64,000 bases of DNA. It comes from Eukaryota sp. TZLM1-RC. Lineage: Eukaryota; Protista; Metamonada: BaSk clade. The stretch spans positions 434,001 through 498,000 of the forward strand of contig JAUPSS010000008.1 in the NCBI GenBank assembly GCA_040285825.1, in the 5' to 3' direction. The notes beneath the pieces are model-generated. The model saw nothing but the letters and a program-made list of their open reading frames with translations, was not told the DNA's origin and ran no database searches. The position numbers and the translations under genes were made by a program. This document shows, piece by piece, positions 1-12,700 of the stretch (position 1 is the stretch's first letter; every line of letters begins with the position of its first letter).

Positions 1-2345
1 TTTTCGACTACGTCTGATAGTATCTCACCTATCGACAACATCAATGAGGAACAGATATGGGAATCAATTTTACACCTCAGCCAATATAGCACATTGGAAA
101 CGGCGAGAAATCAGTTATACAGAGTCCAGATGAATTGGAATATTGAGGACTTTAGGAATCGCTGGAACGACTTCACTGTGAGGCTAATGAGAACAGTTTC
201 ACGAAGCACGGCTATTTCTGACGTCAGGGCAAGCGACCGTGCCTTGTATTGGCAACATTTCCTACAGCGCATTCAAAACTGGGAAATTGCAACCCATATG
301 ATAGATTCTGTTGGTATTCAGGCCGTCAGTGACAATCTGAGAACTGGATGGTCCACACCCAATGTTTGGCAACACCATACATTACAAAAATTTGTCGACA
401 TCCTGGCTGCTGAATACATGAGTTGGTGTTCAGCCAGATCCAACGATGAGCAAAGGGCTAACATAAGTGATAGCTATCAGCAACATATGAGTCGCTATGT
501 TAGAGCAAACCCGAAGGACAAGAAACGAATAGGCAAATTTAAGCCTGCGGGTTCCAGCGTCGCCCCTGCTCATCTTAGCAAAAGGAGCAAGTCGCAAATT
601 AAGAAAGAAAGAGATAAAGCTGGTCTCTGTAGATTCTGTGGTATTCCAGGCCACACCATAAACGAATGTCCTGACCCTGATTGCCAGCGATCCAAGCAAT
701 GGCGAGATGCCAACCCAGATGCAGGTCAAACATATTTGGCAAAAAGAAGTAGTAGTAGTAGTAGAGGCAGAAATAGACGCAGAGGAAGAGGCAAGGGCCC
801 TTCCAGCAGTAATAAACGTGCACATAAATACCCACTGTTTGCTACAGAGCAAGATAGCTCTCCAACAAGCACAACACCAAAAAAAACGTTCCAACAAACA
901 CTCACTGTTTGCAATAGAGCAAGATCGCTCTCCAACATGTAACACATCAATGAAGCAAACCTCAGTCTCCAACCAGTGGATTAAGTGCTTAATTAATCCC
1001 TTAACTACTCAGAAGCTTAAAACAGCTACAACGATCGAAACACCAAATCAACCCTGTTTCAACCATGAGTTCGACTCGAACCCGGACTCAGAGTCCCATA
1101 GCAATATCTTCCTGGTGCGCACCTCAGATGTCGCACGCAAAAATTTAAAATTGAATTTTTCAATAAATAATTGCGAAATAGAAGGGATCATCGACTCTGG
1201 AGCTTCGATATCAGTCATCACTGTTGACTCAGCAGAGAGATACAACATGGTAAAGACAAACCATTGCATAAACTTTAAGTCTGCAAACAACCTCATGTCA
1301 AAGTCGTTAGGATCAGCAGAAGGCACACTGAGCTTCAGACTCGGTGGTGTAACCCAACAGGTACATGTGAAACATAGTTTGGCCATCATTCCTGACAACA
1401 ACATGTTACTAATTGGTAGAGACCTGTTGCATCATCCAAACTTATTGAACGATGAAGGCCTCTTCATTAAGATGGATGAGGAACATTGTACATTACTTCT
1501 GCCTGAGGCTGAATTCGATCATCGAATCTCCCAAGTTTCAGATGTCGTCAACGTCCCCAGACGTAGGTTGGAGCACATACAGTCTTCTGGTTGCACTATT
1601 AACCGCGATAACGACAAGAAGACTTTACTTCTAACCTTGAAAGAGTTCGAAGAGACATTTACCCTCAAGCCGCATGCTGATGGGATTGACTGTCCTCCTA
1701 TGGAGATCAACTTTCATGATGAAAGTATTCGAGTGAGACGACCCCCTCACAGATTAAACATCGAGAAGCAGAAAGTCGCCGAACAGATCTTCGATGAACT
1801 CGTCGAGTCTGGATTTGCTGTACCATCGAACCATAAGTTCAGTTCTCCAGTATGTCTTGTGGTATAGCCTGATCATCGTAAACCGCGCCGTACTGGTGAT
1901 TACAGCGGCAAATACGGAGTCAACGCCAACACTGTTCCTGCTTAACCTAATCTCCCTAGAATCTCCGATGTTCTAGTCTTCCTTTCGGAAGCTAATTTCA
2001 TCAATACCCTTGACCTCCCCAAAGCCTTTTGGCAACTAAAAATTGCAGAAAAGGACTAGGAGAAGACTGCCTTAAGCATTTCTGGCAAAAGTATCATGTT
2101 TAAACGTGCTGCTTTTGGCCTTAAGAACGTTCCTGCAGTTTTTCAGAACGTTATGGCAGACATCTTCTCCAGAGACGGTGTATTCATCTATATAGATGAC
2201 ATCATTATAGTAGGTGGAACTTTCAACGAGTTCCTCGGACGTCTAAGATGTGTCTTCGAGCAGGCTCGAACCCGTAGAGTTAGCCATGGACTGCCCAAGT
2301 GCCATTTTGTGTACTCGAGACACCCAATAAAGATCCTTGGTAGCA
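1..2345 (+). mobile_element. Degenerate Ty3/gypsy LTR retrotransposon fragment (gag, protease, disrupted RT); runs off the window start
   Basis: CCHC knuckle CRFCGIPGHTINEC (ORF 94..942), aspartic protease IIDSGAS (ORF 707..1867), RT YIDD (ORF 2096..2377) with in-frame stops; clearly paralogous to the polyprotein at 10684..16743; truncated after KILGS. Confidence 0.92.
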
Positions 2346-4038
2346 GATTCTTCATTTTTGGACAAAAAAAATTCTGATCAAGAATTTTTAGAAAATCACG
2401 ATGAAAACAAAGTTTGTTCAAAAACAAAGCCACGCTCCTACAGATGCTCAAAGTGTCGACAACAAGGACATAATGTTCGAACATGCCCCAATGTTGGAAA
2501 AAATAATGTGGCAAATTCTGAAACAAAATGTAAAAGAAAATTTATTAGAAGAAAAGAGTCTAAGGTAGAACCCATAAATGATCCACAAGTTCTTGCAAAA
2601 GCAGTTAGCAATCGATTGAAGCACAAAACTTGCAACAATTGTGGTATTTCTTTTAGAAAAAATGCAAAAGGAAAAACGGCTGATCGATGCTTGAAATGCC
2701 GCATAGTTGATAACTACCATCCTTCCATAAAAATACCTCAAGAAATTCATCCGTCAAAATGCAATGAATTTGCTTTCGTTTTTAAAAGATTTTAGGATCA
2801 ATTATGTAAAGGAAAGTATGCTATCAATATTCTTTGGGAATTTTTTGGTTCTTTAGAAATGGTTTAAAAATGGTTTAAGAAAAAACAATGAAAAGATTTG
2901 ATATTTATTTATGGCGTTCTCGGATTCAATTTGCCATTATTAATAGATTACCTCGGTTTTTCAATCGAATAAGAGACGCTTTAGCTAGACAGCAAGCAGA
3001 TCAAGATGTTGTAGAGGAAATCTTGGTTCAATGATAGTCGTCCCATTAGTTATGAGTTAATTTAATTAAGTGTGCAAATTCAATAAATACAAATATAAAT
3101 CCATTTATCATTCTGTGGTTTTCATTTGAAATGCCATTAATAATATATGCAGCTCGGCTGTTTTAAATCAAGATCTTCACTCATTGTTATTGGAAAAGGG
3201 TGTTTGTGAAAACAAGTCGTCAATTTCTTCACTTTTTGTAACCATTGTACCACGAAGATTTGGATTGTGTGCCACTAATGAAGCATTTGTAACAAAAATG
3301 AGATTATATCTGAACATCCCCATTAATCAATTATTATCAAAAGAAAAATGTATTTGTTCGAATTCACCTCAACTCACTTTGCGCCATGCTCTGAATTGCT
3401 CTGAATTGATAACTTATCGTTCTTCATTACATGATGCTGTTAGAGACACTGTTTTCAATATGGCACAAACTGCAAGGATATCGTGTATCAAAGAGCTCCT
3501 GCTGAAGGAAACGCTTTCTCTGAATAATTTTGGTTCTGATGATAGAGGTGATGTATTCTGTGATTGGATTGATAATACTGAAACTATTGTTGACTTTGTC
3601 TCATGTAATGTTGCAAATGATATTTTGGTTCACAGAAGAAAACTTAATCCTGTGGCTGCTCCGGATTTTAAAGCAAAAGAGAAACATAGAAAATATGATA
3701 AAGATATTGAAGAGGCTAATGTCGATAGAAATACACAACTGGTTTTTATTGCTTTCCCATTTTCGATAAATGGAAGATTATCAGTTGAAGCAGAATTTTT
3801 TTTGGATGACTCCAAAAAAATGGTGAAAGAAAAAACAATGAAAAGATTTGATATTTTTTTATGGCGTTCACGGATTCAATTTGCCATTATTAATGGATTA
3901 CCGCGGTTTTTCAATCGAATTAGAGAAGCTTTAGCTAGACAGCAAGCAAATCAAGATTTTGTAGAGGAAATCTTGGTTTAATGATAGTCGTCCCATTAGT
4001 TATGATTTAATTTAATCAAGTGTGCAAATTCAATAAAT
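2346..4038 (+). mobile_element. Mosaic of CRE-like non-LTR retrotransposon pieces (family L-A): N-terminal Zn knuckle, short 3' end, restriction-like endonuclease domain
   Basis: CSKCRQQGHNVRTC knuckle (2337..2795); C-x-C...H...C Zn finger, HDAVRD and RGD...VDF...K..KY motifs (3184..3981); 3' UTR ending AATAAA; matches 30794..33780. Confidence 0.88.
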
Positions 4039-4523
4039 TAATTTTAACTTTTCAAACAATTTTTTGGTAATTTCATCATTATTTCCTAAAAACGAACCCA
4101 AATGACGAATAGCATCAATTGAATATAATTTGGCTTGAATTTCAATATCATCAATTATTGTGGAAACTGGAGAATTCGATAACAAAACACATTTAAGTAA
4201 ATTAAGTCGGAGACCAATTTTGGTAAATAATTCTTTAAAACATACAGTTGCTTTTTTCACAATATTTAAATCACCAATAAGCACAACATCATCCAAATAT
4301 GCAATCATTCTTAGTGAAGGAAACATCTCTTGAATTTGCAGTAGAATAGGATGGATGGCCAAACAAAACAAAAGAGGTCCTAACGGATCTCCTTGCTTTA
4401 CGCCACTTGATGAACTCAAAATGTTGTTACCAAAATGTAAATTAGAATATGTGCAAAGAGCCCCTGCTGAAGGAAACACTTTCTCTGAATAATTTTGGTT
4501 CTGATGATAGAGGTGATGTAAAT
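4039..4523 (-). mobile_element. Inverted L-A reverse transcriptase fragment joined to a short forward-strand endonuclease fragment
   Basis: GVKQGDPLGPLLF and YLDD in ORF 4030..4479(-); 4455..4520 matches the + strand endonuclease region; this block is absent from the duplicate at ~53900. Confidence 0.88.
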
Positions 4524-4716
4524 ACGATATTATTTTGATTTAGCATTTCCCACTGTTCGAGATGATTCAGCAATTGATGTACTCAATCAACTTTCACCGA
4601 GATGGAGAGAAGTTGTCATCAGGGAAAATGGCTTTTTTCTTTTAGATACTTGGGTTTTTGCCAAAAAATTCATAAAAATACCCTACGGACATGGGTTAGG
4701 CAATCTGGCATATAAA

Positions 4717-7120
4717 ATGATAAATGAAAAGAAAATCAAACTTCATAGGGAATTTTCCCATATTTTGCTAATTGATTGTTTAGCTACTTCTCCTCTGATA
4801 CAAAATTCGATTCAATATGGGTTTCATGATTGTATCCTCTGTCTGAAACTTTTCGTGCTGTTTCAGAAAGACAAATTTATTTTATCATCTTATAAAACCA
4901 TTCGAGCAACCGTCAACTCAATGGTTAAACATTCGAATGTGATACTCAAATTGAGAGAAACTGCTTTAAAATTTCAACAGTTACGTATTCACACCACATG
5001 TTGCTTAAAGCTGTATTTACAGTCTTGTTTTGAACGTAATTAGTCATTACCACGAATATCTGCCCAATTATATGAATCATTAATGGCCAGAATTCGCTAT
5101 ATTTCAGCTGAGTATTATGAAACAAGAAATGGTGAAACCAAAGAGTGCATTTCCACAGGATTTTGAAAACTTTGTTTATGGTGAAGGAGATTATAGATTA
5201 TCGACCACCTTTGAACAACAAAAGTTGAACAAAACATTGAGTTATTTAAACCATTTGAGATATAGACCTGAGTTTTTTCCACGATTTCCAACTGATGGAT
5301 TCAGTAGACCACCAGAGTATATGGCCCCAGTAATGTTTGCCAATTTTGAGAATAATTTGAAACTAAATTATGAAAAACATATTAATCGATTTATTAATGT
5401 TTACTTTGACAAAGTAGATGTGGAAAATGTGTTAGCAGAAATGCATAAGCTGGGTGGATACTCAACGCCATTATCTACTATAATTTCACTGTATGGATTT
5501 AGGCTTCGTCAATTCAAAAACTTGTTTTTAGTTGATGATAGAGATTGCTTGAGTTCTTTGTTTCATCATCCTGAAAATATTTCAGACCTTCTGAATGATG
5601 AATTTTACGATTTATGTGAACAACATGATATAAGAAGAAATGAACTCAGAGACATATTTGAAGGTCTTATTGAGCCATTCACTTGTCAAATTGAGAATTT
5701 GGTCACTGACGAGAATTTAGTTGACAACATATTCCCAGTGGATATACATTTTCTTGCAGACGCTGTGAAAACAGATCCTCAGTTATTCATAAAACCAGCA
5801 ATTACAATTGCCCAATATATCTCCAGTAGAGAGAAAAAACCTTATCATATTTCTCCTGTTTCAACCACTGTAGGCCCTGTATATTTTCCCATTGATACAA
5901 GAACACTATGGAGAATTGTTAAACAAACATTGATGGACGATTTATCATCTACACAGACGCTGAAAATGTCCAATACACTAGCCCAAATTACGAAATTCAA
6001 ACCACCTCAGCAATTTGACTTTTGGTCTAATATTCTCGATTTAAACCAACCAATGTTCAAACAGAAGAGCTATAAATTCAACAACATTATACACACAGAC
6101 GGATTTAATATTGCAGTAGAATTTGTTCGTCGGGATTTACAAGGTCAGAAATGTAAGCCAGAAAACAAGGCCAGTATTTCTGATTTATATATTGACGATG
6201 TTGATGTTGATGCTTTTCAAGACAAACGAATTGTTGTTTGTGATCCTGGAAAACGTGATTTATTGTATTTTGGGAGTAAAAAGACTGATCAAGAACTAGC
6301 CATGGTGCCTGAACATGAAACTGAACAGCAAAGAAATAGTCGGGTGATGAATCAAGACAAGAAGTACAAATGGTTGAGAATGACTCAGATGTCCTGGTCT
6401 TTGAAAAGTAAGATGAATGAAAAACAGAAACGATGGGCGACAAAGTATACTGAGGTAGGTTACGACAGGAACCAAATGATACAGTCTAACGAAATGACAA
6501 TTGAAGATGCAAACACCGAATTGTCCGCATTTGTTGCAAATTCGGCGACTTTTATAGACTTTTCCAACTTGGTGGTTGCCAAACTTCGGCAAGTTTTTTT
6601 GACAATTGACTTTTACAGTCTTGACTTGTGGAGCATTCATAAAATGCAAGCTTTCATTCACAAGCAAAAGGCTGAAAGCTGCTTGTTAAAAAGCCTTGTT
6701 CAGCAGTTTGGCAACCCAAAAAACACTTTAATACTGGTGGGTGATTATGGTAAAAAAGGTTCCAAGAATTTAAAACATCATAGGCCTACGCGAGGCATTC
6801 GATGGATTCAATTTCTGAAGAGAAATGGATTTGAAGTATTGATGATTAATGAAGCTTTCACTTCAGCAAAATGTCCTGTTTGTTTTGAAAAGGTTGCTAC
6901 GTTTTTGAGAGTAACAAATCCCAGATTCTATAGAAGAGAAAAGACTCCTGTTACTACATGTCATGGTTTAATAGCTTGCAACAGTGATAGTTGCAAACTC
7001 AGTAACAAAGGCTCAACAAAGCTTTTCAATAGAAATAAGCTGGCTTGTCTGAATATGTTTGCAATTGCAGAAGCCAGAATGAGTGGCAATGAAAGGCCTC
7101 AGTATCTGTGTAGTAGATAG
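4717..7120 (+). pseudogene. Fanzor1-like RNA-guided nuclease, family A copy 1, with one premature stop (start codon uncertain)
   Basis: IHTDG motif, RuvC-I VVCDPGKRD, GDYG, RuvC-II INEAFTS followed by CPVC, second Cys pair and NRNKLACLNM, terminal RPQYL; TAG at 5041..5043 where the paralog has TTG (54417..54419). Confidence 0.9.
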
Positions 7121-7176
7121 TTTTTGTAATTATTCCACACGAAAATTGATCGTGTATTTATGGGAATTTCCCACAG
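7121..7176 (+). ncRNA. Candidate Fanzor omegaRNA scaffold 3' part / element right end (family A copy 1); may begin inside the ORF
   Basis: Identical to 56496..56551, then abrupt divergence; stem ACACGA/TCGTGT and palindrome TGGGAA-T-TTCCCA; ends in CACAG. Confidence 0.65.
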
Positions 7177-7196
7177 TTGAATTTCTTTACAACATA

Positions 7197-8642
7197 ATGC
7201 ACCATAAAACCACTTCTCGACCTCAATTCAGCAGCACCGACATCTTTGTTGTAGGATTTGCACCATTTTTAATTGACACAGTCATAATTGAACCATCCAT
7301 ACAGTCCTCAGAGGTGTTGTCCTTCTTGCAGTCAAAAGTTCGTTTTCACCCACTCGAAACACATTTTAATCCTCATCTCCTCACGATTAAAGTCAATAGT
7401 AAAAATGAAGCACAGGAACTGTTAAACCTATCAGGTATACGATTCAAAGGCCAAAAGCTCAAGATCGGTCAAAGAACCAATTACTCTGCTCCTCTACCAC
7501 CCTCTGACTTCATTCTATCAGTTGCTTGTAGACTAACTCAACCTAGAGTTCGAAAGTTTCCACCTAACCTCACCTACACAGTGGTTGATCTCAGTGGAGT
7601 TGTCGATCAGAAGTCCTCTGATCCTTCCCAATGCTTCAACTCACCCACAGACTGTGCACATTTGTTTGAACAAGCCAAGGTTCTACCACATTTGGCCAGT
7701 GTCACCATGCTTCGACTGAACAAAAATTCTATTCAGACCCTTTCCTTCCTCAAGGATTCACAGTTCCTGAGTCTCTTCACTAACCTTGAATCACTGACAC
7801 TGGACAAGAATTACATAACCGACCCAGCCCACCTAGCATTCCCCCTGCCATTCCCTAAGTTAAAGACAATGTCGATTAAGGAGAATCCAATAGCTGTACA
7901 AAGTGTTATTCAAGTGAGTAACCAACATCATCGTGCTCAAATCATTGGTGACAAGGTTCCAAAGGTGTCTCCTCACCCAACCATGTCTACACCACCTGCT
8001 GCAGCCTCTATGAGTTCACTCTTTCAACACATGGAGGTTATAGCAGACTCTGACGAGTCCAGGGAGCAGGTTTTTCAGTTTCTAGATAAGTGGTACTCTG
8101 TGCTGAAACAACGTCAGGAACACCAACTAAAAACATTTTACTCACCCAGTGCAGCATGTGCGGTATCTCTTGACTCATTACCTCATCCCCAGAACCAGTC
8201 GTTTCAGTGTTTTGAATATGTTCCCCTGCCCTGCCCTGTTGACCAGCTGGTGTTTTGTCTTTGTAACATTACTTCAAGTATATCTTTTGATCCACGCACC
8301 CCTCTATCCGTTGCTATAAAGAAGGATGGTGGTAAGGTTCGGGTTATTTATGAAGGAGTTGTTAGTGGTGTAGCTGATGTCTTTTATCACCGAAGATTTG
8401 TTTTATCGAGTTCAGGATCCACTCCTCTGATTTCAGAGGATGTTTACCATTTGTGGAGTAGTAAAGGGATTACTGATCCGAAAAGGATGTTAGTGGCGAG
8501 AAGTGGGCTGAAAGATGAAATTGCTAGTGGTTGTTTACAGCTTTCTAATAATTCTGTGGATCTAGCTATGATTTACTTTATGAAAGAGTTTGTTCAAGGA
8601 AATGTTCAATTTAATCACTTTGTTATTTCTGGATCAAGTTAA
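7197..8642 (+). CDS. mRNA export factor NXF1/TAP/Mex67-like
   Basis: RRM-like segment, LRRs (LRLNKNSI, LTLDKNYI, MSIKENPI), NTF2-like segment (LKTFYSPSA...ISED) and TAP-C-like end (SGLKDEIASGCLQLSNNSVDLAMIYF); first ATG after the Fanzor end is 7197. Confidence 0.8.
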   Translation: MHHKTTSRPQFSSTDIFVVGFAPFLIDTVIIEPSIQSSEVLSFLQSKVRFHPLETHFNPHLLTIKVNSKNEAQELLNLSGIRFKGQKLKIGQRTNYSAPLPPSDFILSVACRLTQPRVRKFPPNLTYTVVDLSGVVDQKSSDPSQCFNSPTDCAHLFEQAKVLPHLASVTMLRLNKNSIQTLSFLKDSQFLSLFTNLESLTLDKNYITDPAHLAFPLPFPKLKTMSIKENPIAVQSVIQVSNQHHRAQIIGDKVPKVSPHPTMSTPPAAASMSSLFQHMEVIADSDESREQVFQFLDKWYSVLKQRQEHQLKTFYSPSAACAVSLDSLPHPQNQSFQCFEYVPLPCPVDQLVFCLCNITSSISFDPRTPLSVAIKKDGGKVRVIYEGVVSGVADVFYHRRFVLSSSGSTPLISEDVYHLWSSKGITDPKRMLVARSGLKDEIASGCLQLSNNSVDLAMIYFMKEFVQGNVQFNHFVISGSS

Positions 8643-8849
8643 ATAAAATAGTTTATGTTTCATGTGAATAATTCCTTATTTTGTCCGCAAGTTATTTTGT
8701 CGCTGGTCTTGGTACAGAACTCATTAGAAAAAAGCATGATATTTCAACTAAATTCCTTATTTTTTTTTATTTTTTTAAAATAATATTTATTTATTAAACA
8801 ACAAAAGGTCAACTCCAAATAGTCCATCTCTACCAAAAGGAAACAACAA

Positions 8850-9369
8850 GATGCAACTCTCTCATTGTGAGATCCAAGAGAAAGTAGAGCATCGGAAACG
8901 ATATTCTACATTTCCATAACAATTGAAAGCACAATTCTGTTTTGCCAAAACAATTTGTTGAAATTTCTGTTCGTCCTTTTCGTTACAATCATTTCAATAG
9001 CTGCCAAAAAAAGTACAGCGGTGGGAGCAAGTAAACCAAATAGAAAAATACAAATGGATACAAATAGTATTTTGTATGCTGTTGGGTAGACAATTTGGAC
9101 AATGGTTCACTATACTTTTTGATTTAGAAATTTTCTGCTTTTGAAACGGGATTACGAATTTCAGAATGAGCAAGCCTTTCATTTGAAACATTACAAGGAT
9201 CAACAGACATTGCATCCACTAAAATGAAAGTTCCATCTATTCCAAATAATGTCACATCACCTTTGTTATTCTTATGAAAATCATCTTCTGCATTACACAA
9301 AGCTGACAACAAAGGTTCCAATTCTCTGGGATTTGCACATACAATATAATTGGTCTCTTCCAGCATCAT
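8850..9369 (-). mobile_element. Degenerate non-LTR endonuclease-domain 3' fragment (family L-C-like)
   Basis: EPLL...KGDV...LVDAMSVDPCN motif, similar to RGDLVV...LLDAMSIGPCN at 30156..30620. Confidence 0.7.
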
Positions 9370-9604
9370 GCTTCAACAAAGAGTAAAATGTTTAGATTTT
9401 AACAAATGAGTATTGGTGATTTAAATATTGTGAAACAAACAACTGTATGTTTTAAAGAATTACTTACCAAAATTGGCATCCGACTTAATTTATTTAAATG
9501 TGTTTTGTTATCGACTTCTCCAGTTTCCACAATAGTTGATGGTATTGAAATTCAAGCCAAATTATATTCAATTGATGCTTTTCGTCATTTGGGTTCGTTT
9601 TTAG

Positions 9605-9758
9605 TGTTAGTCTTGAATAGTATTTATAGTTAATAGTTTAGTTATTAGTATTCCGCCTGTTAGCTTAAGAAGAGAGAATACAATTCCTCTTCGTAATAAA
9701 TTACACTTCTGTTATACTACACTGTATGAATTCTAACTCACAACAGCCAAGACCATCA
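9605..9758 (+). repeat. 5' LTR
   Basis: TGTTAGTC...ACCATCA; one visible mismatch against the 3' LTR (9740 A vs 16973 C). Confidence 0.96.
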
Positions 9759-12700
9759 ATACGTATTGGGTCGTCCCCGGCTCAGCGTAGGATCCTTGAG
9801 GAAGAGACTGGTCCCTCTTCCTCACCACTAACCACAGACTCTGCTTCCGTGCCTCCTTCTTCGGTTGAAGCTTCTGCGCTTCCTGAAGCAACCCTTCCCG
9901 AGGGTTCTACCCCAAGGGAAGATAGTTCCCTTCCTGAGGATTCCGTTCCAATGGAAGGAAGTTCCTCTCCTCGGGATTCCGTTCCTGTGGAAGGAGATAA
10001 TCCTCCTAAGGATTCTATTCCTTCGGAAGGAAGAAGCCCTTCATTAGTCTCCTACGACGATGAAGATGTTGAGGATTCCGTTGCTCCTCTTCCTCCTTCA
10101 CATTTAAGGGCGTCTGAAGTCCCACCTTCTCCCCTCCCAGAAAGAAGTTCTGAAGTACCAACTTCACCTTCTATTCAGAACAGAGAGACTGTTCAACCTT
10201 CTCTCACGTCAAAGGAAGGATTGGAAGATCAACCCTCTTCCTCCTCCACTAAGGCCATCTTCATCCCTTTTATCTAGTTCTGAGGTCCCACCCTCTCACT
10301 CTCAACAGCTTCTCCCTCCAGTTCCAACTGTCAGGAGAACTATTCAAAATCCTGCTGTCCCAACTTCAGGATCTCCTCTTACTACATCAACAGTAAGAGG
10401 AGTTAACAATCTGTCTGTTTCCCCTCCCCAGGCTAGAGATTCCACTCCTAGCACACCAAATTTTCCTTCGCATCTTTCCGAAGAGCAAAGGAAGAGGTAT
10501 GAACTATTATTTTCAGATCTGGTTGACTATGAGGAACCTCCCAGGGAATTTTCTCACACAGCTCAACCTCCGGTTCCTCCCACGGAACATGTTCCTGAAA
10601 TTGATAGAGAAACTGGTGAGGTTTCTAAAAAATATTTAGAACGTTACTTCCATGAAGATCGAATCTGGAAACTCAAGAACAGATTGGAAAGAGAGTTACA
10701 GGCTAGAAGAGGAACATCCTCTACACCTGCTCAACTTACCCCTTCTCAAACTAGCTCCTACGCTAGCTCAAGTGTTCATCATGGTGCTACCCGCCAGCAC
10801 AACCCTTACGCTAGATATAGGGACACACGAGTCATTCCAGAGGACCCAGAGGCCATCCCTCCCACGGAGATGAGCAACAAGCGTCCTCCTTTCTACGGCC
10901 CCAAAGTCGAGAACGACTTAGGAATATGGATCTCTCCCAGAATTGGTCCATTTCTTTCCGATGAAAGGATCACCCCAGAAACCTCCAGGAATGACCCTGA
11001 ACCAACTTATGAACCAAGACCCGGAGTTAGGTTCATGAGAACTACTCGAGAAGGAGTATTCAGACGCTTCGCTGGAGATGAAGACAACCTCTTCATAAAC
11101 GTTCACAACCCTTGCCCATACCCTAGGTTCAGCCCTGGGTACAACGCATCTCTCGATATCCTTATCGACAGAGATTATAGAACAGGGTGGTGGTTTACCG
11201 AAACCACATATGGTGAAAGACTCTTTCTATATGATAGACGTCCTGATCATATAGCGTCATATTGTGGTCCCGACCACAGAAGATCTGGCAATCTTCAAAG
11301 AGCCCTCCAGCTCGTCACCGTTTTCCCTGGATGCATAGAATCCAGGATGTTAAAGTGGGTAATGGTAGAAGGTCGTATAGAGAAAACACGCTTGGTTCAA
11401 CCAGCGATCTCTTCTTATCAGGTTCCAGCCCAGATCGAAGAGACAGTACCTTCCCCTGAACCTCAACAGAGTGAAGCTCCATCTTCCTCCGTTCAACTTC
11501 CTGAATCACCACAACTTCCCATGGAAACTGATTCATTTCCTGTCACGGAAACCTCTAACCCCAACCAATCTGCTATGGAACAAGCTGACGACGACGTTGT
11601 CACTGTGAGCAGTGAATCACCCACCCCCACCACATCTTCTGATGCGGTACCTGCTCCCATCACTCCCGTTAGTCGAGCTCCTCAACCCCTACCTACACCT
11701 TCCACAACAGGTTCAACATCCTCCATTTCCTCACATAATTCACCCTTCTCGGGCACATACGAAAGTAGCCTTCTTCTCTCTTCAATGATTGGATCAAGAG
11801 ATCGAGATGACAGACGTAGGGACCGTCCTAAACGTCCATATCTTGAAGCTTCTGATTTGAGAGACGCTGATAAACTCCTAAAGTTTGTCAACAAATTCAT
11901 TCTCTGGAGTCGTACCGACCGAGTCCTAAGAGAAACGAGAGGTAATGTTGAGGATCCAGCCCAGATAGCTCTAGCTAACGAAGTTGCCAGACTACGTGAA
12001 GAATTAGAACTAGCTAGAGAAGGTTCCCAACCATCGATCGATGAGTATTTTGGTAACATCACTGGAGAACCAGTTCACGAATGGGACTTGTTCCGTCAAG
12101 CCATGAGGATCAACCCCCGAGGCCTCGCTGAATGTGTCACCCCCGAGGTATTAAATGCGCTACGATACCAAGGTGCTCACCTAGCTATCTCTTCTCCCGC
12201 GGTTCCTACCTCAAGAGATGAACGCATCATTTGGGCTCAAATTCTAAGAAGAACCCAATTCAGCAGACTGGATGAGGCTAATCGAGCTCTCCTCGCAACC
12301 AACATGGACTGGTCGGAAAGAGATTATGGCAATAGATGGATTGACTTCATGGTCAACATCGGCAGAGTTTTGACTCGCTCCACCGCCATCCAAGAGTTTA
12401 GGGGCATCTCTCAACAATTGAGAACATTCTCCATAAGCTCCACTCCTCCAGCTGATAGACTTCCAGACTGGGTAGTTGCTACTCATGTCTTAGAAAGCGT
12501 AGGAATTATCCCTATCAGAGACAGACTCCTCAGGATCTGGTCCTCTCCCTCCCACTACTCATGCGATGGGCACACCCTTGGCAAATTCTTTAGTGTTCTT
12601 CAAATTGAATACGAGAATTTCTGTAACGCCAGATCGTTCATGGAACAACTGAACCATGTCGATTTCACCTATCAGAACCAATTAACACATCAGCAGGCCT

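Noticed and set aside
6105-6667. Antisense ORFs conserved in both Fanzor A copies
   Set aside because: Explained by DNA identity of the duplicates; no motifs
7083-7196. N-terminal extension of the NXF1-like ORF
   Set aside because: Non-ATG start overlapping the Fanzor stop and right end
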